DNA of 64,000 nucleotides. Source: Octopus sinensis (taxonomy: Eukaryota). Positions 52,103-64,000 of the stretch are shown here, one piece after another. The stretch spans positions 138,880,001 through 138,944,000 of the forward strand of contig NC_043000.1 in the NCBI RefSeq assembly GCF_006345805.1, read 5' to 3'. The notes beneath the pieces are model-generated. The model saw only the letters and a list, made by a program, of their open reading frames with translations. It had not been told where the DNA came from and searched no databases. The first letter of the stretch is position 1. Every line of letters starts with the position of its first letter. Position numbers and translations under genes: made by a program.

Positions 52103-52149
52103 GACACCTGAAGAAGGCTTGGAGGGTATATCAGCCAAAACATTGTGTT
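52103..52149 (+). ncRNA. Decayed type I hammerhead-like motif
   Basis: GACAC-CUGAAGA-A-GGCU(13 nt)AGCC-AAAA-CAU-U-GUGUU. Stems I and II pair. G12 to A and ACGU to ACAU both fit CpG decay. Confidence 0.5.
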
Positions 52150-52810
52150 AACAACAAGCAACATGAGGACAAATACTCGGTGAATGTAGATAATGTAAAT
52201 AATGTAAATAATGAACTTGAAAATTGATGAGCTGTCCAACCCAGGCCAGCATAGAAAATTTTCATAAGATAATGTTAATGATGTTGCTAATGATGATAAC
52301 GATAATGATGTTAATGTCGACTATGATAGGCAGACAACCAACTGGATAGACAGACAGACAGACAGATATTACACTGAGGAAATGTACTGAATTACAATTA
52401 TACTTCAGGTATATACACAACAGACATTTATCAGTTTACTATCAAAGGGATCCTAAGCATTACTTCTAATCACATTGGTCAGCTTAATAAGGATTTTCTG
52501 TTATTGAATTAATGATATTTATCATTTAATTAGTGACATTAAATCCATACAGCTGAGTTTGCTGAAGTTTATTAATTGATTTACTTAGTTAAATATGTTT
52601 GTTAATGGATTGTAACAAAGAAAATTAATGACATTGTATTGATGTTTGATTTTCTGAAAGAAAAAGTGCACACGCACACACACACAAACACACACACATG
52701 CATGCATGAACATACATACATATGTATGTATATATATATATATATCTCGTGAAGACCACTTGATTTTTTTTCCCTTTGTCCTCCCACCTTGGGATCTTTC
52801 TTTCTCCTAT

Positions 52811-52845
52811 GTTTCCGACGAAGAGCTCTGCTCGAAATGTCATAC
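52811..52845 (+). ncRNA. Hammerhead-like motif with U4C and an extra A after A9, decayed
   Basis: GUUU-CCGACGA-A-GAGC(UCU)GCUC-GAAA-UGU-C-AUAC. Stem II is perfect and stem I has 3 of 4 pairs. Lies in a ~200-bp repeat between (TA)n runs. Confidence 0.35.
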
Positions 52846-53397
52846 CCTCCTTCTTCCCTTCTTTCCTGAGCGCCCAATAATACTTTATTTGTTCCCCATC
52901 CTTGCGTTGTTGTCTTTTTGTTTTCTTGTTTGGATTAACTTTATATATATATATATATTTATAAATATGTGTGTGTGCTCGTGTGTGTATGCACGTGTAT
53001 GTGTACTTGTGTGTGTGTGTGTGTGTGTGTGTGAACTGAACTGAGCTGATGGTTCAGAACTCTGGGTGTCATTAGCTGTCATTCAATCAATGACACACAT
53101 GCTATTCAAATCTTAACTTGGTTGATTTAATGACCTGAAGAACTAACCAATGATGCAATATCTATAAATCTCTTGAATATTTTTTAACATTCTACTAATT
53201 TGTACATTTACTTTTTGCTTATTCTAGCTTGAGATTCCATGGCTTATTGCTCTGCCATTTATTTTAGATTTGACAGCTCTTTCTGTTGTTAACTTATTAA
53301 TTGTTACAAAAGAATATGCTTGAGGCTTGGTCAGAAAATTAACAAGCAATGTTAAGTAATTGCTCAGATGCACAACACACCGGCTTTAGAATATTCT

Positions 53398-53447
53398 TTA
53401 AGCTCCAAGACTACTAATTATGCATAATTAGTAGTCTTGGAGCTTAA
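53398..53447. repeat. Perfect 50-bp palindrome with no spacer
   Basis: ttaagctccaagactactaattatg|cataattagtagtcttggagcttaa; all 25 pairs checked. Confidence 0.95.
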
Positions 53448-53859
53448 TGTTACGTCACTTTTAAACATTATTTATCATCATTCTTTTATTCTTTTGTTCT
53501 TCCACTGATTTCAGTTACCTGACTTCAGCTATGCAGGTGTATTGTACTTAATGATTTTATTCGAGTCATTACAAAATAACAGAAAACAGTAGGAAAAAAA
53601 TTTATACACCCTAATATTTCCAGTGAAAATACCCTTTTACTTTAAATATGAGCAGGAGAATGTCCTCACATTTGTGGCAGTTTCAAATTTGTATGAAGTG
53701 GTTTAATCTGACAGTCAACCTTTATCTGAATCTTCAGTATTTGGAATAACTTTTGACATTATATATTTTTCACCTGGAGTCAACAAAACAGTATATGTAC
53801 TTGGAAGCATCTGTTCTCAGTGAAAATTTGTCAATGAAATATTTTGTTCAACTAGGTGC

Positions 53860-54254
53860 AAAAGTGGCTGCGTGGTACGTAGCTTGCTTACCAACCACAT
53901 GCTTCTGGGTTCAGTCCCACTGTGTGGCACCTTGGGCAAGTGTCTTCTACTATAGCCTCGGGCCAACCAAAGCCTTGTGAGGGGATTTGGTTGACGGAAA
54001 CTGAAAGAAAACTGTCGTATATATGTATATGTATATATATATATGTGTGTGTTTGTGTGTCTGTCTTTGTCCCTGCAACATCGCTTGACAACCAATGCTG
54101 GTGTGTTTACATCCCTGTAACTTAGCGGTTCAGCAAAAGAGACCAATAAAATAAATACTAGGCTTACAAAGAATAAGTCCTGGGATCGATTTTCTCGACT
54201 AAAGGCAGTGCTCCAGCATGGCTGCAGTCAAATGACTGAAACAAGTAAAAGAGT
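53860..54254 (+). mobile_element. SINE family B, full length
   Basis: Head and tail match family B. Confidence 0.9.
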
Positions 54255-54706
54255 ATCCTTCTTCAATATATTCTTGTTTACGTTAAAAAGGAAAAAAAAA
54301 ACTGCACTTCAAAATAATTCTAATCATCGTATTGTTTTTTCACTTTCAATTTTCCATGCTAGCATGGATTAGATGAGTATATTACTGCAGCATTGTTTTT
54401 ATAGTCAGAAGCTCTTCCTAAGGGTTGCATTATTGACATGTATTTGAATTTGCAATAGATGACCTGTTGATAGGGAAAATATCAGCACTCACTAAATTTC
54501 TGAGAAGTGCAAATGTAAACAAACATATGGATACATATGTACTTTCACTTTCATCAAAACCTACATGCATACATAAACACACACATGCAAATATGTGAGT
54601 GTGTGTATGTGTGAGTGAGTGTGTGTGTGAGTGAGTGTGTGTGTGTAATAATAATGACAAAAAATGTAAGTCAGAAGATGCTTTAACAAATTCAGGTGTG
54701 GTCTCT

Positions 54707-55126
54707 CTTTTACTCTCTCTTTTACTTGTTTCAGTCATTTGACTGCGGCCATGCTGGAGCACTACCTTTAGTCGAGCAAATCGACACCAAGACTTATTCT
54801 TTGTAAGCCTAGTACTTATTCTATTGGTCTCATTTGCCGAACCGCTAAGTTACAGGGATGTAAACACACCAGCATCAGTTGTCAAGCGATGTTGGGGAGA
54901 CAATCACAGACACACAAACATATACACACACATACATATATATATATAAATATATATATACACAACAAGCTTCTTTCAGTTTCCGTCTGCCAAATACACT
55001 CACAAGGCTTTGGTCGGCTCAAGGCTATAGTAGATGATACTTGCCCAAGGTGCCATGCAGTGGGACTGAACCCGGAACCATGTGGTTGGTAAGCAAGCTA
55101 CATACCACACACCCACTCCTACGCCT
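54707..55126 (-). mobile_element. SINE family B, full length
   Basis: Head and tail match family B. Confidence 0.9.
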
Positions 55127-56342
55127 ATTATTATAAGGAAAATCCTAATATTTCTAACTTATATTTCATATAAATTAACAAAACCATCAGATATGAATGA
55201 ACTAACTAGGAGTACAAAAGATTGAGAGTTTTCTAAAAATTAAAAGCGATAAAACCATTATTGTACATAGATGAAATATAAATATAATATACCTTTCTAT
55301 TTCCCAGTTTAGTTTCTCAGAAATGGTTAAAATGATGTAATAAAAGTTATTCATAAAAACTATGCTGCTTTGGGCTAGCTGATAGATTAATATATCTGAT
55401 TATTGGCACAGAGGTCATGAAATCACATCTTACAACTAGCAAGGAATTGTAAATTGAGGCGAGACAAGTTTCTTTCTTATGTCCAGCTATTTTATGATTG
55501 AGTGTTAGACTGCTATTGGGCATGGCATTTTCCTGGAGAATGCTTGTTCCAAATAGACATGAATGTATTGAAATATACAATATCTTCTAACCTATGTTAC
55601 CCCAAAGGAACAGATGATCGTTAAAAAACTTCATAAAATACTGAAATCATTATTCCATATTATGGAAGACATCAATAACTCATGCTTACTTTGAAATGAT
55701 TTATTGTAACAATTGTTAACCTCTGTACTCTTTTTCCTGGTTTAAATAGGATGAGGGGGATATGTCTTCTCTTGGAGACAAGATTTTAGAATATCTTTTT
55801 GTTTGTGTTTCAGAAAGGATGTTTATTATATTTCCATGTTAGGTCACTGAGATAAATATCTTAAAGCCTGTTCTCAAGGGGAAAATGTAATATCTGTTTT
55901 AAATGACAATTCAAGAATCTTCTAGCTTAGCAGAGTAGTTTCCCTCAACTAGCAGGCTGCTACAGGAACTACAAACATATTATAGATCTTACATTGTCAC
56001 TAAGGAATTTCAAGTTTGATCTTACAATGTGGAAACTAAGGCAAGTACCTTCTACTACACAGTTGAATCAGCCAGACTTTTGTGAATAAAATTTGCAAGA
56101 AAAATACTGTGTAAAAACTCATCACAGAGACTATTTTTGTTTTTGAGAGGCAGACTTAATGTATTACCTACTTTAATATTGTCAAGTAGCCCTTTTTGTA
56201 TCCCAGCTATGTCTCTGGTTTTAGAATTACTTCTGCTCTTCATCTTACCAATCTTGGAGTTCCAAATGTGGGTCATGGGTGATGCCCTTTTTTCTTCTGA
56301 CAACATATATATATAATGATAAATCTCAGAGCGAGTTATAAC

Positions 56343-56403
56343 CATGATTGTCACACGCTGATGAAAGGTAAACACCTTCAAACTCGGGTCCGTGTGTATC
56401 ATG
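56343..56403 (+). ncRNA. Type I hammerhead-like motif with a G12C change (probably inactive relic)
   Basis: CACACG-CUGAUGA-AAGGU(AAAC)ACCUU-CAAA-C(UCGG)G-UC-CGUGUG. Perfect 6-bp stem I extended by CAUGAU/AUCAUG after an internal loop. Lies in a ~220-bp repeat flanked by (TA)n. Confidence 0.6.
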
Positions 56404-56558
56404 AGTTGAAGACGGGGAGGATGACTCCCCTTCACAAATACTGAGAGGACACAGATAGTGTGTCTATAGCCAGCTGGAGGAGATATCTTCCTGGAGCTAC
56501 AAACTACAGTAGCATCCACCCTTAGGGGTTAGCCATATTCAAATGGCAAATATGCGTC

Positions 56559-56593
<35 letters not shown>

Positions 56594-56677
56594 AAGTAAT
56601 ATTTTCTCATAATTTCTTATCAATTATCTTGCACAGTTGCAGCTACCTTTTGAATTTCATACATGCATTTGTAGTTG

Positions 56678-57000
56678 TGAAGATATGTGGCTTAGCTGTT
56701 ATGGTAGTTAACTCATGATCTTAATGCCAAGAGTTCAATACCCATTAGTGCATTGCAAACTTGAGCAAGGCACTTTACTTCATGTTGCTCCAGTCCATTC
56801 AGCTGGCAAAAATGAGTAGTACCTCTATTTCAAAAAGCCAGCCATGTCGCACACTGTGTCACATTGGATCTCCTTGAGAGTTATATTGGGGGTATGTGTG
56901 TCTGTGGATTACTCAGCTACTTGCATGTTAATTTCATGAGCAAGTTGATCCATTAATCAGATCAACTGGAACCCTCGTTGTCATAAGTGATGGAGTGCCA
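56678..57000 (+). mobile_element. Old SINE related to family C/C2
   Basis: gtgaagatatgtggcttag...gagttcaataccc...ttgagcaaggcactttacttcatgttgctccagtcc. Confidence 0.55.
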
Positions 57001-57124
57001 TTTAATAAAACGGATACCACAAGTCAGATGCAGACTAGCAAGTTGAAACTTTGAAGTCACTTTCACCACTCTTCTTGTAGAAGCTTAACAAACATGTGCT
57101 CTGCAAAATAATATTTATTTCTTC

Positions 57125-57350
57125 AGTGCCCACAAGGGGCTAAACATTGAGGGGACAAACAAGAACAGACAAAAGGATTAAGTCGATTACATCGACTTCA
57201 GTGTGTAACTGGTACTTATTTAATTGACTCTGGAAGGATTGAAAGGCAAAGTTGACCTCAGCAGAATTTGAACTTAGAATGTAGTGGCAGACGAAATACT
57301 GCTAAGAATTTCACACGGTGTGCTAACGATTCTGCCAACTCGCTGCATTC
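57125..57350 (-). mobile_element. SINE family A
   Basis: Diverged match to 37014-37246. Confidence 0.8.
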
Positions 57351-57732
57351 TGCAAAATAATATTGAGTAATTCATAAGGTTAATGTTAAATTGCTTTTAT
57401 TATAACTTGGTATAAAAACAAATATTAATAAACATGCATACATACATATATATATATATATATAATTATATTAAATTAGAGACAAAACCACTATTATGCA
57501 AATCAAACAAAGAAAGACTTAAGCCAATACATAAAATAATTTATATAAATTTAGAAATTTAACAATTATAAAATTATAAAAATAATAATAATAATAAAGA
57601 GTAAAATTAATTAATCAATTAATAATTAATAATTTTACCAAGTAGTTCAGTATCATAAAAGAACCATTATCGGTAACCTTATACAAAATTTTTTGTAAAA
57701 TTTATATATATATTACAGATGTAGGACAGATT

Positions 57733-57782
57733 TTTGTCAGTGAAGAGGTCGCGGATTTTAGCGACGAAAATATTTTGACAAA
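57733..57782 (+). ncRNA. Hammerhead-like motif with C3G and an extra G after A9
   Basis: UUUGUCA-GUGAAGA-G-GUCGC(GGAUUUUA)GCGAC-GAAA-AUAU-U-U-UGACAAA. 7-bp stem I, 5-bp stem II, palindromic AAUAUU stem III. Confidence 0.45.
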
Positions 57783-57919
57783 TTAAACTTAAATTTTGAA
57801 GTGAATCGAACGGCTTTGTGTGTTTCTTAAATGGCTTACAAACACCTTCCACACTGCAATTGTTTTCGTTCCAGCACACGATCTCAGATCAAATCACTTG
57901 CTATGTGAGTACATCTCCG

Positions 57920-58018
57920 TAATATATATATATATGTATATATATGTATATGTGTGTATATATATATATATGTATATGTGTATATATATATATATGTATA
58001 TGTGTATATATATATATA

Positions 58019-58081
<63 letters not shown>

Positions 58082-58566
58082 TATATATATATAAATATAT
58101 ATATATGCATGTATATATATATATATATGTATACATATATACGTATGTATGCATATATGTGTGTATATATATGTGTATACATTTCTATTTTCAGTCCATG
58201 CCATCAAGGACTTTACCGTTGTTCAGAGGAATTTCTTTCATTCACTTTGATAAACGTTGGTATTATTTTGCTTATCCTCTTCACAATTGTTGTTTCCATT
58301 GTGGAGAAAACTTTATTTACATGATTTTTTCTTCACCTAATGTTGCATTTTTTCTTATCAATCATATTTTTCCCTTTCATTCCCCAGGAACATTCTTTTC
58401 GTAACTATAGATCTGTTTTGTTAATTGAGGATGAAAATATATTATTGGCATATGCCTAATTATTTTGAAAGTCCAATTTTTAAGTGCCTGTGACACTGCC
58501 ACAATATTTAGTATATATATTTGGTGTGTATGCATGTGTGTATTTATATGTGTGCATGTATGTATG

Positions 58567-58603
<37 letters not shown>

Positions 58604-58735
58604 GCACACATACACACATACACACATACACATATATATATATACAAGCATGAATCTGTGTGAGTATGTGTGTGTGTGTGTGTAATATACATACATTTAT
58701 ATATATATATATATATGCATATATATTTATACACA
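57920..58735. repeat. Compound (TA)/(TG)/(CA) microsatellites (two tracts)
   Basis: Direct reading; tracts at 57920-58180 and 58510-58735. Confidence 0.9.
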
Positions 58736-58789
58736 CCACTAACATTCCTTTTATTAATGGCCTTCACTGATAAAAAGCAATGTAATAAT

Positions 58790-58890
58790 AATAAGAAAAA
58801 AGAAGAAGAGGAGGAGGAGGAGGAGGAGGAGGGGGAAGAGGAGGAGAAGAAGAAAAAGAATATGAATAAGAAGAAGAAGAAGAAGAAAAT
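58790..58890. repeat. (GAA)/(GAG) purine repeat
   Basis: Direct reading. Confidence 0.9.
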
Positions 58891-59271
58891 TTCTACCAAA
58901 TAACACAACATTCTTTACAATATAGATCTCGGTACATTTTCTGAAAACCTTTTGCTTTAATTATTTTCATCTAATTTTTTTTTTACTTTTTACATTTATT
59001 TTTTCTTCTTGTGCAATGTGAGTTCATGTTGGTGCAGATTAATTTGTTTGTGAAGATCACTATTATACTCATGGCTATAAGATTCAGCAGCTTCTGCCCA
59101 TAGACACTCACACATTTCTTTCTCCAGTCTCAATTCATTTCCACCTCTGTATCACTCCCTAAATTATAAAACTCACCGGTACATACATCTATATCGATAA
59201 GCGTTTGGAGTATCTTGCTTTGCATATATGTCCATGCATGTGCGTATACTAATATATATATAAGTACTTGT

Positions 59272-59608
59272 GAAGGCGCATGGCTCAGTGGTTAGAGTGT
59301 CGAGCTTAAGATTGTGAGGTTGTGAGCTTGAATCCTGGACCGGGCTGTGTGTTGTGTTCTTGAGCAAGACACTTTATTTCACATTGCTCCAGTTCACTCA
59401 GCTGTGGAAATGAGTTGTGACGTCACAGGTGCCAAGCTGTATCAGCCTTTGCCTTTCCCTTGGATAACACTGGTGGCAAGGAGAGGGGAGACAGATATGC
59501 ATGGACGACTGCTGGTCTTCCACAAACAACCTTGCCCAGACTTGTGTCTGGGAGGGTAACTCTCTAGGTACAGTCCCATGGTCTGTGTCATGACCGAAGG
59601 GGGTCTCA
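59272..59608 (+). mobile_element. SINE family C2
   Basis: Direct homology to 33312-33650. Confidence 0.85.
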
Positions 59609-59839
59609 GACTTGTTCAGAGGCACATGCATAAACTTAAATAGAAATGAATAATTTGGGTGTACAGAAATTGGGTATAAAGGCATTGCTTTATTTTTGAC
59701 TTTGTGCCCATGATGTCCCAAAGATGCTGCAATGGATATACCCTCATTTGAGCAATGCTTTGTGTGAGCTGAAACATCTGACACTGAATCACCTTCTCCA
59801 ATTCTCCCTCTGTTATAGCAAGACATCTGTTTCTGGTTC

Positions 59840-60195
59840 TCTGTCTCTTGGTTTCATTCTAACTTTTCATGCTCTGACTCAGGCTCCCCCCTCATATGCC
59901 CCTGCCTCTTCCAAAATTCCTTGTCTTGCAAGTTACTTGGAGATCTGCCAGTACAGGTACCATGTAAAAAGAATCCTCTCCACACTGTAAAAATCATGCT
60001 AAAGCTAACCTCGCCTGTACTAGTGCCATGTAAAAAGCACTCAGTCCACTCTGCTGAGTGGTTGGTATTAGGAAGGGCGTCCAGACATAAAATCCCTGCC
60101 AAAACAGACACAGTAGCCTAGCGTAGTTTTCTACCTGACCAGCTCCTGTCAATCATCCTTCCCATGAGAGAGGCAGGGGCATATGAGGAGGGAGC
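59840..60195 (+). mobile_element. RTE 3'-UTR-derived repeat, decayed
   Basis: gtgccatgtaaaaagcactcagtccactc...ggtattaggaagggcgtccag. Confidence 0.5.
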
Positions 60196-60199
60196 CTGT

Positions 60200-60463
60200 G
60201 TCCAAGGATGAAAGGTTAGAGTGTAACCAAGAATGTACATTAGACTCCCTTCAGTCATGAATGACCATGGGGTTGCACCTAGAAAGTTCCCCTCCGAGTC
60301 ACAAGTCTGGGCAAGGTTGTTTATAGAAAGCCAGCGGTTGCCCATGCATACCAACCTCCTCTCACCACACCACTGATGTTATCCAAGGGAAAGGGAAAGG
60401 CCAATACAGCTTGAAACCAGTGACATTGCAACTCATTTCTACAGCTGAGTGAACTGGGGCAAC
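60200..60463 (-). mobile_element. SINE family C2, 3' part
   Basis: Reverse-complement homolog of 59385-59608. Confidence 0.75.
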
Positions 60464-61055
60464 TGATATGATGACTCTATACTAATAATAAGTGTCAAGT
60501 TTATAATGAAATATGTTTCATTCTGTTGCTGCATAAAAAAGCCAGTTTCATGTGTCTTGAAGCCCATATTACATTATCTGAAGTAATCTCATAGTTTTAG
60601 TATCATTATTTTATTGACAGCTGTGTGTGATTTAAGGAACATTTTGCAGCTATTTCCAGCTGTTCAAATGATATCACAAAAAGTCTCATAATGAATTGCT
60701 ATGGATACTGTTGACTGAGTTTGTCCTTATCATTTAAGTGCACCATTTGATCATCATTGCAATCACCATCTTTCAATTTTCAGTTTATTTGGAATCTTGT
60801 CAGCCACAATTTTATGCCTAGGGAGCTGTTAAATCTCTCTCAATTTAAATCTCTCTCATTAATGACTCAATCTCACTGCAGTCTTTAAACAATGCAGATT
60901 TTTCAATTGCATGAACTGAAAGCCAAAGGAGTATGGGATAAACTACCTTCATCAACTTACTATAAAAGCAGGTAGTAATTTTACGTTGTACTTATTTTTA
61001 GTGCAAGTTTTGAAGAGTGCAGTTCGAATTTAACAATTAATTTTTCAAAGGTATA

Positions 61056-61210
61056 ATGAAAGTGACAAAAGAGGATATTCAGCTTATTTTACCTTATGAG
61101 TTCAATAAAGGCAACACCACAACAGAAAGTGCAAGGAATATTAATGCAATGTATGGGGTTGGACAATAAGCATAAGCCAATGTCAATGGTTGTTCTATAA
61201 ATTCCAAACT
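61056..61210 (+). mobile_element. Mariner transposase N-terminal (HTH) relic
   Basis: MKVTKEDIQLILPYEFNKGNTTTESARNINAMYG, then a frameshift, then TISISQCQWLFYKFQT. Confidence 0.7.
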
Positions 61211-61616
61211 GTACCTGAAACAATTAGCGAAAGCATAGCACATGCTTGTGGGCATATTCACTTGCAAGTGATGGTTATTGTTTTTACGGTTATTTTACTT
61301 GCCTATTTATTTATATAAAAGTAAACACAAACCCACATCAACTCAATCTAACTATAAATCATGTCAACATTTTAAATTGGAGACTACAATTTCATATCAC
61401 ATTGTTCTGAAATGACTGAGGTGTCATCTTGGAAGTACCATATACAGCTGCAATTTTAGATATGTAAGTATAGAGTTGCCATTCTAGCACACTTTAGTTT
61501 TATGTGACTAACAATTAAAGCCTACGAGTATAAATGCCAAGTCATAAGTCATTTAATGTTGAAGTGTTTCTGCATATTAGGATAGTGCTTTAAGCTTATT
61601 ATTCACTCATTATTTT

Positions 61617-61833
61617 TAAGGCAGCGAGCTGGTAGAAACGTTAGCATGCCAAGCGAAATGCTTAGTGATATTTCATCTATCTTTATGTACTGAGTTCAAA
61701 TTCCACAAGATCGACTTTGCCTTTCATTCTTTCAGGGTCGATAAATTAAGAACCAGTTGTGTACTGGAGTCAATCTAATCGACTGGCTCCGCTCTCAAAA
61801 ATTTCAGGCCTTGTGCCTAGCGTAGAAAACAGT
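61617..61833 (+). mobile_element. SINE family A
   Basis: aaggcagcgagctggtagaaacgttagc...gagttcaaattcc. Confidence 0.8.
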
Positions 61834-63199
61834 ATTTTTACTGTGTAAACATTTTGAAATGGATTGTTTGGTAAAAAGACACTTCTTGTTGACCAGCATA
61901 TCCTGGTTCTCCCTGACTGGGGGATTTAGCCAGCTGTATTAAATTGATAATCTTAATATCTAATTTTTAACATTTGGAAGTTATTCAGATACAGGAAAAC
62001 ATAAACCTGTTGAGTTTCTAGAGGGATACATATTTGATGGAAATGATTCTATAAATACTTAAGATGCAGACACAGGGATAGAATGAAATAAATCAGGTGA
62101 AATGATTGAGTTTTTGTTGAAGAAACATACAATCAGTAGGTTTTGTAAAGCAAAATCTATTCTAATAGTAACAGAGAAAGCAGAGAAAACACAGTTTGAC
62201 ATTGAATAAGTGGTTTGACTGTATTTGTGAGTCACAGTTTATGTATCAAAAGAAATGCGAGCCTTTTGAATCTCTTGTAAAATTCTTTGTGTCTCACTGC
62301 TTTGTTGATGACTTATGGAACTTGAAGATTTGATGTTTGCTAATGTACAGTTTGCCTGGAGTCATGCTATTGTCAGATCAATGTAAAGATCCATAAGAGT
62401 TAAAAATAAATTGCATGGAATTAAATTGTATTTAACACTGAATCATGGAGAAAATAAATTAAGCACTACAAGCAGAAAACAAAAAAGAAAATTCAAAATA
62501 AATCTCAAAGCAATTACTTACAAATATTGATACATAATTAAGCAGAAATCTGAAAATAATTGGTTTTCAAATGTCATAAAAGAACACTAATTCTTAATAT
62601 ACATCATAAATTGCTGCCATGATTTGCTCAAAAATCCAATAATAACTATTAAAAACATACAAACAAAAAACAAAAAAAATGGAAATCAAATCAAATATAA
62701 AAGAATGAAATTCATAGCTAAAAAAATGCAAAAACAAAGAAATCTCTTCTGAATTTCTACAGCTTTTCATGGTTCAAAAACTATTCATTTCATTTCCTCT
62801 GCAATTTTTATTTTGTTTTATAATATGATATTTCCCTTTATCATAAACCAATTCTGATCAGTACATTGCACAATTAGTTAATTATCAATGAAATCAAATT
62901 ACACAAAATAGAGTGATGCTTATTGAATTACAAACCGGAGAATCTTCCACTGTTTTAACTGGAGAGCTTCTTTTTAGTTTGGAGGACCGGAGCTTTTCTG
63001 AGTTTCTACAAACCGATTTTGAAAAGCTTTTTTTGCATAAACAACTAGTCAAAATCAATATGGACATCTATGTATTTTGGAATGTGTGTGTGTAAACATG
63101 GATGAGTGGGTATATGTGCATGAAGCAATGAGTGTAGAAATGCAAGGAATATATATGAATTTTTGTATGTGAATGTGAATTTGTATCTTTTGTCTTTTA

Positions 63200-63565
63200 A
63201 ATCATACTTGTTTCAGACATTAGATTTTGGCCATGCTGGAACATCACATGAAAAGATTTGGTCAAATAAATCGATGCTGGTGTTTATTTCAAGTCTGGTA
63301 CCTTATTCTATCATTGTCTTTTGCTGAACCACCAAGTTGCAGGAATATGGTATGCAAATACTTGCTGGTTGTTAACCAATGTTTGGGGACAAACACAAAG
63401 ACACACACATATGTACAATGGGTCTCCACATAGTTTCTGCTTACCATGTTCACTCACAAAGCCTTAGTCAACCTGAAGCTTTAGTAGAAGACACCTGCCC
63501 AAGATGCCATGCAGTGGGACTGAACCTGGAACCATGTGATTGCAAAGTGAGCTTATTAACCACAT
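63200..63565 (-). mobile_element. SINE family B, decayed
   Basis: Diverged homology to family B. Confidence 0.7.
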
Positions 63566-64000
63566 CACCAATCTATCATCATTTTACAACCATCTTTTAA
63601 TATCCTAGTTTGATTGAGATGAGTTTTCTTTTGTACAGCATCTTATCAGTTCTTATGATACTTTGCAATCTCTTTTGTAAGCTTCATAAGTCTGAGATCA
63701 TATTTCATCACTTCTCCCTAGCTCTTCCTTCTTTGCTATCTTCTAATTTATTTACACATTATTAACTATCACCATCCCCATATGCTTCATATGTCTATTC
63801 TAGCTCAGTTTTCTCTCTTTTCACCTAACATTTCTTTACTTTACCCAGTTTTTCTCTCAGCTAATTCTACATCATTATTAATGCACAATAACATAACCAT
63901 CCAGTTGAGATAGCTCGCCTGAATAATTTCACTCATTCACACATCCTCTGCATGCATTCAGTTCCCATATTTTGCTGCCATGCTACATTTTCTTCTATAC

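Noticed and set aside
56055-56519. 154-aa minus ORF as a gene
   Set aside because: Its first half lies within the (TA)n-flanked hammerhead-bearing repeat, so it is a chance fusion of repeat and flank.

Overview
AT-rich, repeat-dominated eukaryotic DNA. The SINE, LINE and microsatellite content looks like an octopus or other coleoid cephalopod genome; this is inferred from recognised repeat families, not from a search. No host gene can be called with confidence. A few candidate exons exist, but most ORFs in the track are translations of microsatellites or SINEs. The window holds about 30 tRNA-derived SINE copies from three families, RTE, CR1/L2 and RLE-type LINE fragments, mariner relics and non-autonomous Helitron-like elements. 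The most notable structure is a 2.65-kb Penelope-like element (PLE) insertion at 22215-24865. It has two ~988-bp inverted arms, each carrying the 3' end of a GIY-YIG endonuclease ORF and a type I hammerhead ribozyme with an intact core. Four further hammerhead-like motifs from unrelated repeats occur at 52.1, 52.8, 56.3 and 57.7 kb, three with an extra purine after A9. At least seven other fold-back structures are present, and one Helitron-like copy is flanked by an unexpected 23-bp direct repeat.
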